Of a DNA stretch of 64,000 nt, positions 53,127 to 61,039 are shown one piece after another. A program made the position numbers and the translations under genes. Below the pieces are notes generated by a model. It worked only from the letters and a program-made list of their open reading frames with translations, was not told the DNA's origin and did no database searches. Positions within the stretch are counted from its first letter, which is position 1, and each line of letters opens with the position of its first letter. Origin of the DNA: an uncultured Ignavibacterium sp. Lineage in GTDB: Bacteria > Bacteroidota > Ignavibacteria > Ignavibacteriales > Ignavibacteriaceae. The DNA is taken from positions 16,875 through 80,874 of the forward strand of contig CAZOMO010000008.1 in NCBI GenBank assembly GCA_964580755.1. Reading direction: 5' to 3'.

Positions 53127-55109
53127 TTATAGTGTTAGATTTCTTTTATCAATAAATGTATTAAATATATAATCAGCTGGAACATTTACCCTTTTATAAT
53201 TAATAAAATGGTTATGCAAAAACTGTGTAGATATAATTCCTGCGAGCGCCATATTGTCAAGTTCACTTAACGTTTCCGTTCTTTCGGCTTTTTTTAATAA
53301 CATATTTACTTTTTCAGAATCAAAAACTCCTGCGTCATCAATTTGTTTTTCTGAAAGAAGCGATTGAAGTTCAAGAAATTTATTATTAAAAAAACTATTT
53401 CTTATCGGTGCACGATAAGGATTTTTTGCCCGATACACAATTTGCTGAGGCAGTAAATCTTTAAAAACTTTTTTTAACAGATATTTTTCATTTAATCCGC
53501 GTATCTTAAATCGCGAAGGAACCGTTGCCATATATTCAATTATCCGGTGATCAAGGTATGGAACACGAAGCTCAACAGAATTTGCCATAGACATCCTGTC
53601 ACCCTGAGAAGAAAGCAGGTATCCGCTCATAAAAGTAATAATCTCTAAATACTGTGCTTTATAAACATAATCCCATTTATCAAAATCTTTTGGTAAAATA
53701 TTTTTTAAATCATCATAAGCATTATAGCTGCCGATTTGCATTTTTAATTCATCCGAAAAAAAATTCTTTAATCTTGTATTGTTGTTCCACCGGACAATAT
53801 GAGAGAAAAAAGGATTAGCCGGATCTTCAATACCAAATTTAAAAAATGCCTGAAGAGTTTGTGCTAATCTTTTATCCTTAAAAATATATGGATAAAGTTT
53901 TTGAAGGAGTTTTGGTCGTAATTTGGATTCGGGATCAACTGACCAGAATTTTCTTACCTTGGTTTCTTTGAAAATATTGTATCCTCCGAATATCTCATCT
54001 GCGCCTTCGCCCGTTAAAACAACCTTAAACCCATCCCCTCTAACTTTCTCCGATAAAAGATAAAGCGGAACCGGAGCAGCACGGATAATTGGTTTTTCAC
54101 CGTAATAGATAATATCAGAAAAATATTTTCCAATATCTTCGTTTGTTGCATGCACTTCTGAGTGATTAGTATTTAAATGATTAATCATCAGATTTTGAAA
54201 ATTACTTTCATCAAAACTTTCTTCCTGAAATGTAATTCCAAAAGTTCTTAAATCATTATTAAAATAATTTTTAACAAAAGCAGTAATACCTGATGAATCA
54301 AGCCCTCCGCTTAAATAGCTGCCCACAGGAACATCTGCACGCAAACGAATACGAATTGAATCTTTCATCAAATCAGATATTTCATTTGTAAAATCCGAAA
54401 TAGATTTATCCTCCCTTACCTGTTCTTGATTGTATGAAGGACTCCAATAACGATTTATTGTCATTGTCTTATCAGGTGAGAAAGTTAAATAATGGCCGGG
54501 AGATAATTCGTTAATATTATTAAACGCAGTTCTGCCGGGCAGAGGTGTCCAAAAAGTAAATATCTGATCCAAACTTATCGGATCTAGTTTATTTTGTGAT
54601 TGGGAGATTTCAATTATTGCTTTGGCTTCTGAAGCGAAAAGGAATTTTTCACTTTCTACTTTATAAAAAAAAGGAAGAATCCCAACACGATCACGTGCTG
54701 CAAAAAATTCTTTTTTAACTGCGTTCCAAATAACAAAAGCAAATTGTCCGTTTAGATCTTCAAGACATTTTTCCTTTTTCTCTTCATAAAGATGAAGAAT
54801 TACTTCTGTATCTGTTGTTGTATAGAACTTATGACCACGCTTTATTAATGAATCACGTATTTCCGGATAATTAAATACCTCGCCGTTAAATACTATCCAG
54901 ATACTTTTATCTTCGTTATGGATTGGCTGAGAACCACTGCTTAAATCAATAATACTAAGCCTTGAATGCGTAAGTCCGATCCAGTCATCAACATAAGCTC
55001 CCGTTTCATCTGGTCCTCGATGCTGTAGTGAATAAGTCATTCTTCGCAGAATATCTGTATCTATTGGCACAGGACTCTTAAGATTTAAGATTCCGCTAAT
55101 ACCACACAT
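53127..55109 (-). CDS. Asparagine synthase (glutamine-hydrolysing) family amidotransferase, long form
   Basis: N-terminal MCGI (Ntn glutaminase Cys) and PP-loop YLSGGLDSS; 660 aa. The ATG overlaps the stop of the upstream ACP gene. Confidence 0.9.
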   Translation of the reverse strand: MCGISGILNLKSPVPIDTDILRRMTYSLQHRGPDETGAYVDDWIGLTHSRLSIIDLSSGSQPIHNEDKSIWIVFNGEVFNYPEIRDSLIKRGHKFYTTTDTEVILHLYEEKKEKCLEDLNGQFAFVIWNAVKKEFFAARDRVGILPFFYKVESEKFLFASEAKAIIEISQSQNKLDPISLDQIFTFWTPLPGRTAFNNINELSPGHYLTFSPDKTMTINRYWSPSYNQEQVREDKSISDFTNEISDLMKDSIRIRLRADVPVGSYLSGGLDSSGITAFVKNYFNNDLRTFGITFQEESFDESNFQNLMINHLNTNHSEVHATNEDIGKYFSDIIYYGEKPIIRAAPVPLYLLSEKVRGDGFKVVLTGEGADEIFGGYNIFKETKVRKFWSVDPESKLRPKLLQKLYPYIFKDKRLAQTLQAFFKFGIEDPANPFFSHIVRWNNNTRLKNFFSDELKMQIGSYNAYDDLKNILPKDFDKWDYVYKAQYLEIITFMSGYLLSSQGDRMSMANSVELRVPYLDHRIIEYMATVPSRFKIRGLNEKYLLKKVFKDLLPQQIVYRAKNPYRAPIRNSFFNNKFLELQSLLSEKQIDDAGVFDSEKVNMLLKKAERTETLSELDNMALAGIISTQFLHNHFINYKRVNVPADYIFNTFIDKRNLTL

Positions 55110-55384
55110 TAGATTGAAGAGACCTTATCAATATTAATTTTTGATTTCAAAAACTTCTCGATTGCATTTACGCTGGAAAAATTATCCTGAACAAGTTCTT
55201 CATCTGCAACAGTGATATTAAAATTATCTTCGATAAAGGCTACAAGCTCAAGAACGCCTGTTGAATCAATGATTCCTTTTTCTAATAATGGAGTATCAGC
55301 AGCTAATTTAGAGCCGTCTCCAAAAAGAAAGTTATCAATTATAAACTGATTAATATTTTCAAGTATTTGTGATTGGTGTTGCAT
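55109..55384 (-). CDS. Acyl/peptidyl carrier protein
   Basis: 91 aa with a phosphopantetheine-type serine in GIIDSTGVLELVAFIE. Confidence 0.8.
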   Translation of the reverse strand: MQHQSQILENINQFIIDNFLFGDGSKLAADTPLLEKGIIDSTGVLELVAFIEDNFNITVADEELVQDNFSSVNAIEKFLKSKINIDKVSSI

Positions 55385-55626
55385 ACAGTCCTAAAAATTA
55401 TTTATGATACTAAAATAATTATAAAAACTAACATTAAGTGATTTCTGTAAAATTATCATTGGTCAAACTTTGATTACGTTTATTGTCATTCTAATCCTCT
55501 CGAAGGATGACTTCCTTTATTCTTAATTCCAATCTTCTCAATCTTTGGCAAGCTTTAAAAAGGAGCGGTTCAGAAATTGTAATCCAAATTAATTTATTAA
55601 AATTCATTTTTTAATTAAATTATTAT

Positions 55627-55654
55627 AAAAAAACCGCCATTAAGACGGTTTTTT
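55627..55654 (-). terminator. Candidate intrinsic (bidirectional) terminator after the DUF2341 cargo gene
   Basis: AAAAAACCG-loop-CGGTTTTTT. On the minus strand the stem is followed by a T7 run. Begins 23 nt after the stop at 55677. The GC core is short. Confidence 0.45.
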
Positions 55655-55676
55655 ATAAGAAATATTTATGCCAAAC

Positions 55677-58433
55677 TTATTTCGTTAATATCATCTTTTT
55701 TACAGAACTAAACTTCTGACCATCTATTCCCGCTGCATCTATCCTGTAAAAATAAACACCACTATTTAATGAACTTGCATTAAAATTAACCTCCTGATTG
55801 CCCGCTGTTAATTGTTCATTAACTAAAGTTGTTACTTCCTGCCCTAAAATATTAAACACTTTTAGACTAACTTTACTGTCAACCGCCAGACTAAAAGTAA
55901 TCTTTGTACTCGGGTTAAACGGGTTTGGATAATTTTGATTTAATGCAAATTCCTTTGGTGTATTAAAGTCTATCTGAACTGTTTTTGAGTATTCATACTG
56001 TCCGCCAATATCAATTTGTTTTAATCTGTATGAATACTTGCCAGGCACAAGGTCTTTATCTTCAAAAGCATAATTCTTTGGCGAATTACTGTTGCCATTT
56101 CCATTTACAAATCCAATCATTGACCATTCTTTTTCGTTCTTAGTCTGTCGGAGTATTTCGAAACCGTAGTTGTTTACTTCTGTTTCCGTTTTCCAAACTA
56201 ATTTAACAGACGAACCGACTATCAACGCTGAGAACGATGAAAGTTCTACAGGAAGCGGATTGTTATTATGTGCTCCGACTGTTATTTCTGGTTCTTGATC
56301 AGCAAAATTTCGTACCCGCACATCATCAAAATACACCGGATGCGTGGTTGCGCCTCCAAGATTATTAAGACTAATTCTGCCTGAAGGAATCCCTGAGCCT
56401 GCATCATTCCAGGTTGTTCCAATTTGTAAATCATTCAAATACTGTTGGATTGATGTACCATTTGCTACGATCTTATATTTATAATACTCGTTGGCATTAT
56501 AATTAACTGTTGTAAATGAACCCGGATCTGTTGGTGAACCATCCTCATATCTCGTTATAAACAAATCATTCTGTGCACCACCACGGAGCCGGGTTACATA
56601 TCTGTTATTACTATCTGTAACACGGAATCCAACTTCCGGAGTACAATCATCATTTGCATCTGCTGTCATTTTTACATTCATTTCTAAAACGAAATTATCA
56701 AAACTTGAAGGTGCTGTTATTAAATAATTAGTAATACTGCCATCTCCTTCAAAACTTGCAACATTATTACCATCATCTTGCGTAATTGATACTATTGGAG
56801 TTCCGGTTTTAGACCACAAAGCGTTTTTGGGCTGCAAAGTTAGAGAAGACGTCCAATTTAACTTATCTGTAAAATATTTATTATCAGAAGAAAAGAAACC
56901 ACCAGCAGCAGGAGTTTTTTTAACTTGTTTTATCAACATGTCTAAATAGTTATAAGACTGTAATGAGTTTGGGGATTTATAATCAAAAAGATTCCAGTGT
57001 TCATAATTTAATCCCAAAGCCCAAAGTTCAACACCAATATCGGCTGCACCCTTTAGATCCGAATTCTGATATGTCCCATTAATATCTGCATCACTATAAG
57101 CAAAAAAGTTATTATTATTTAAATAATTATCAATATATAAATCAACTCCGGCTGGGTTATTGCCTGTTAGAAAATCCCAGACTTCTTTACCTTTATCTGT
57201 TAAGTTGTATTTTCCACCAGATTGACCATTAAGCCGTCTGGTAACAACCATAAACAATTCCTGATTATAATCTGAGAAACTATTATCTTCTTTCAATCCT
57301 TTATAAGTATCATCCTGATAATTTTCCAATATATAATTAAGATTGTTTTCCACTGCAGGAAGCAAGTAATCTGGATCCTCATGAGCAATTATATGAGCAT
57401 AAAGAAGTCCAAGATTTCGTTTCAACTGCCCTTGAAGACCCTGAGCTTCATTCCAGGAGCGGTCCAAATTTTGGCTGGCAATAATAGAACTGGCATAACT
57501 TTGAACAAGGCTTAAAGCACTATCTTTTTTAGTGCCATAATCTAATGATTGCCAGGCATAACTAAAACCAACTAACAACATACTATATCCTTCGTGGTCG
57601 TTGGCAGGATAAGGCGAAGGAATAGCAGGGTATTCTTTACTTAAAAAATCATATACTTTAATCATATCAGGATATAAGGAGTCTATAGCAAAATTTTTCC
57701 AAACTGCAATATCACTCCCAAAAAAATGATAATAACCAAAAGCAAGGTTAGTTAATAAAAGACCGTAACAATATTCCGGTTGCGCTGTCAGAGAATCATC
57801 CGGATTATCGATTTCCCCCGATGCATTAATGTGATTATGTATGTAAGATAATTCTTCAAAAATTTCATCTTCTATTATTGTTTCCGGATGGTGTCCTTCA
57901 TAACCACGACTAAAATAGGCATAATCTAATGCGCCGTGTAATAATTCTAAGGATGACTTCCAATTGTGTGTTGGAGTTTCTGCACCCCACAATCCGGTAC
58001 TGCCTGTACTAAAATCATCAAAGAAATTAAATGTACTTGTACCATTGCTAACGCTAAGTGCATTCGTATTTCCATAATATAAATATATGGTGGTCCCTGA
58101 TGCAGGTATATCTGGGATTTTTACCCAAATAACTGCATGTGCCTGATCATTATCCCATTCTTCAACCCAAAAAGGGAGTAAAGTTGATCCATCATTGTCA
58201 GCAATTCTAATATCGCTTCCATCTGGTTTTGGATAACTGAAATCAAAATTAGTGTTGTTTAATTCAACTTTAACTTGAAAGTCAGTTAAAGCTGTAGCTC
58301 CAGGATTTGAGATTAGCAAATCTCTTCTGAATAGCCAGGAACTTGGGTCCCACACATCCTGTGCAAAAACACTTACTGATAAGAAAATCAGCAGCATAGA
58401 AATATAACGAACGTTAATAGATATTTTTTCCAT
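55677..58433 (-). CDS. T9SS cargo protein: DUF2341 domain, helical-repeat region, LamG-like lectin domain, conserved pre-tail module, T9SS CTD
   Basis: Signal peptide; DUF2341 pattern (LLPFWVEEWDNDQAHAVIWVKIPDIPASGTTIYLYYGN); LamG-like FVLEMNVKM...YFDDVRVR; PVELSSFSA...NNYGFEILRQ; NYPNPFNPSTKITF...GVYFYRI. GGAG SD. Confidence 0.75.
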   Translation of the reverse strand: MEKISINVRYISMLLIFLSVSVFAQDVWDPSSWLFRRDLLISNPGATALTDFQVKVELNNTNFDFSYPKPDGSDIRIADNDGSTLLPFWVEEWDNDQAHAVIWVKIPDIPASGTTIYLYYGNTNALSVSNGTSTFNFFDDFSTGSTGLWGAETPTHNWKSSLELLHGALDYAYFSRGYEGHHPETIIEDEIFEELSYIHNHINASGEIDNPDDSLTAQPEYCYGLLLTNLAFGYYHFFGSDIAVWKNFAIDSLYPDMIKVYDFLSKEYPAIPSPYPANDHEGYSMLLVGFSYAWQSLDYGTKKDSALSLVQSYASSIIASQNLDRSWNEAQGLQGQLKRNLGLLYAHIIAHEDPDYLLPAVENNLNYILENYQDDTYKGLKEDNSFSDYNQELFMVVTRRLNGQSGGKYNLTDKGKEVWDFLTGNNPAGVDLYIDNYLNNNNFFAYSDADINGTYQNSDLKGAADIGVELWALGLNYEHWNLFDYKSPNSLQSYNYLDMLIKQVKKTPAAGGFFSSDNKYFTDKLNWTSSLTLQPKNALWSKTGTPIVSITQDDGNNVASFEGDGSITNYLITAPSSFDNFVLEMNVKMTADANDDCTPEVGFRVTDSNNRYVTRLRGGAQNDLFITRYEDGSPTDPGSFTTVNYNANEYYKYKIVANGTSIQQYLNDLQIGTTWNDAGSGIPSGRISLNNLGGATTHPVYFDDVRVRNFADQEPEITVGAHNNNPLPVELSSFSALIVGSSVKLVWKTETEVNNYGFEILRQTKNEKEWSMIGFVNGNGNSNSPKNYAFEDKDLVPGKYSYRLKQIDIGGQYEYSKTVQIDFNTPKEFALNQNYPNPFNPSTKITFSLAVDSKVSLKVFNILGQEVTTLVNEQLTAGNQEVNFNASSLNSGVYFYRIDAAGIDGQKFSSVKKMILTK

Positions 58434-59000
58434 TTTGATACTCCAATTAATTAAAAATATAATAAACTTTTTTCAAAATAATGTTTTAATGTACTTAAAT
58501 AACAGAAGTAGTAATAATATATGAATTTCCTAATAATAAACTGAAGTTTATTAGCATTGCAGTTTTCAATCGAAAATCTTCATCCCGCATAAAAATACTT
58601 TTAAAAAGATATTCATAAAACCACCAAATACATTCCTGAATATTTTTCATACTCAATAAAAAATCATTTACTAAAATAAAGTAATTGTTTTCTGATGTAA
58701 GAAAGCATAATTATAAAATAGATGAGTATATAGAAATATTTTACAATATAATATAGAATTTTCTCAATTATTATACCTAATTATTTGAAATAAAAAATTG
58801 GCTTGTTTTAACTAATAATTACGTTTTTAATAAAATTTTTAATCGGGGTTAATAAATTTATTTATCGGTCTGATATAAAACGATTGGAATATCTTATTTT
58901 AATAATTTTGATAAAGCGAGATTCCTATATTAAAACATTTAATAAGCAAGAAAATTGTTGAGATGAAATTAAACGGAAATGTAATTGCATCACTGATTGG

Positions 59001-59073
59001 AATTTGAGCAGAAAATTAGTTGCATATTTTTCGTTCATAACTTTTAACTAAAAGATTTTTTTCTGCTCAAATT
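59001..59073. repeat. Inverted repeat with 15-bp perfect arms plus a 6-bp inner extension
   Basis: AATTTGAGCAGAAAA (59001-59015) pairs with TTTTCTGCTCAAATT (59059-59073). Inner pair TTAGTT (59016-59021) and AACTAA (59046-59051). Confidence 0.85.
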
Positions 59074-59125
59074 ATTTTTATACACTGGTCTGATGCTGCT
59101 CAAGATTAAAAGGAACTGCTTAATC

Positions 59126-59381
59126 CTATTTCAGAAGCAACATTTTATTTGTTTTAATAAAATCTCCAGATTTCAGTTGAGAAAAATATACTCCGGATGA
59201 TAGTTCCCGAACGCCTGATTTTACACCAAACTCAACTTCATATCTTCCTTCTGATTTATATTCATTTACTAGTGTCGCAACTTCATTTCCCAGAGCATCA
59301 AATATTTTTAATGATACGAATGATGGCTGACTTATTGCAAACGACAAAGTTGTACTTGGATTAAACGGGTTAGGATAGTTT
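59126..59381 (-). repeat. Copy A of a near-identical CTD-coding segment (partner 63651..63906)
   Basis: Manual alignment: 10 mismatches, no indels, over 256 aligned positions, starting exactly at the stop codon. Confidence 0.9.
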
Positions 59382-60733
59382 TGTTCAAGAGAAAAATTTA
59401 ACGGTATTTCAATAGTTACTTTAACGATGTCAGAATACTCAATTGATCCATCAAAATCAATTTGCTTTAGTCTGTAAAAAAGGATATGAGAAGGATTATG
59501 AATAAGATCATCTTTGAAAGAATATGACCTTAATTCGGTTGTAGTTCCATATCCTGGAACAAAACCTATCTTTTCCCAATTATCTGCTGTTGATTGCCTT
59601 TCAATTTCAAATCCATAATTATTAGTCTCTGTTGCTGTTGACCAGTTAAGAAAAACAGAATTGTCATTTCTATCTGCTGTAAATGATGTAAGTTCTACTG
59701 GAATAAAACCGCCCTCGCCTAACCAGCAAGTTGCCTGATAATTTGAGCTCACATTGCCTTCGTTGCCTCCTCCAAAGAAAATTTTACTTTCAGTTGGAAG
59801 ATAAGAAGCAAGTGCTAAACCTCTGGTTATTGGAGTATTCCCGTCGTATGTCCAAGCATTTGAAGAAACATCATAATAAAATACTTTTGGATTAGCAGGG
59901 TAACCCGAATATCCACCACCTGAACTAACTAAAACAATTTTATTACCAACAACTGTTGTTGACCATTTACAGAAATTAACAACATCGGGTAGATATGCAA
60001 TTGTGGTCCAAGCGTTAGTTGCAATTTCATATTTCAAACAGATTGTTCCGTCATCACCTGCGTCCACTAAACCACCAATCAGATAAACAAAGCCATTATA
60101 ATAAGCTAAGCCAGGATATCGTTTAATATTGGGAGAAGGTGCAAGCATTGACCAAGAATTCCCGGAAATGCTGTACTTCGCCAAATATGATAAAGGAGCA
60201 GTTGTGCTATAATTTGAACTATGAACATAAATATTATCCCCGCCATCCCAGACTGCTGCATTTTGTGAATTCATTATATCGGTTGGTCCTGCTGTAAGGC
60301 TTGCCCAGGTGCCGGTACCTGTTCCGTTGGGAGTAAATTTTTCAAAATTATTTGTCGCACCAGTTCCTGAAATTTTATAAAGTTCTCCGGCAGCTACAAC
60401 AAAACCCGCATTATAGGCAGGATAAGTTGCTGCAGTTGATGCGACCCATGAATTAGTAGTTAAATTATATGCCCGAGCCATGCTTGAATTTGCTTGCCCA
60501 CCAAATATATAAAAAAAGTTACCTATTGTTCCCCCAATAGACCTGCCAAATGGTTCGGGTGAAGCAGTAATGCTTGTCCATCCTAAAGCCATCTGAAGTT
60601 CATCATAGCTCGAAATTATTGTATTCCTGTCAAATCCATATTCTTCAATATATTGTTGAGAATAATCGGTTTGAGAAAATAAAAGAGTAGATAACAGAAA
60701 TGAAACTAAAAAGATACGTAACGTTTTAGACAT
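59126..60733 (-). CDS. T9SS cargo protein: Kelch-like beta-propeller, conserved pre-tail module, T9SS CTD
   Basis: Signal peptide MSKTLRIFLVSFLLSTLLFSQ; repeated Kelch-like blocks (FFYIFGG, ELYKISG, FVYLIGG); PVELTSFTA...NNYGFEIERQ; NYPNPFNPSTTLSF. AAGGAGG SD. Confidence 0.7.
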   Translation of the reverse strand: MSKTLRIFLVSFLLSTLLFSQTDYSQQYIEEYGFDRNTIISSYDELQMALGWTSITASPEPFGRSIGGTIGNFFYIFGGQANSSMARAYNLTTNSWVASTAATYPAYNAGFVVAAGELYKISGTGATNNFEKFTPNGTGTGTWASLTAGPTDIMNSQNAAVWDGGDNIYVHSSNYSTTAPLSYLAKYSISGNSWSMLAPSPNIKRYPGLAYYNGFVYLIGGLVDAGDDGTICLKYEIATNAWTTIAYLPDVVNFCKWSTTVVGNKIVLVSSGGGYSGYPANPKVFYYDVSSNAWTYDGNTPITRGLALASYLPTESKIFFGGGNEGNVSSNYQATCWLGEGGFIPVELTSFTADRNDNSVFLNWSTATETNNYGFEIERQSTADNWEKIGFVPGYGTTTELRSYSFKDDLIHNPSHILFYRLKQIDFDGSIEYSDIVKVTIEIPLNFSLEQNYPNPFNPSTTLSFAISQPSFVSLKIFDALGNEVATLVNEYKSEGRYEVEFGVKSGVRELSSGVYFSQLKSGDFIKTNKMLLLK

Positions 60734-61039
60734 AGAGCCTCCTTAAGAATGTTATAAATTTAAGGTGAACTTATTTAAACGAATACTGCTTTTTACTGAA
60801 CAACAAATTTTACTTATTAATACTACAAATTAAAATATTAACATGCCAATTATTGACTGAACTATCATTAATCGTCGTAGGCTGACTTACTAAAAACCTT
60901 AGATTTGTCAGTCAGCCCCTGCAAACAAACTGAAAAAAATTATTTTTGTGTCAGCCTCAAGCGATTTTAAACTTTCTGACAATTAAACAATTATCAACTT
61001 CAAAAGAATTTTATAATAAAATTATGGTATTATTTGGCA

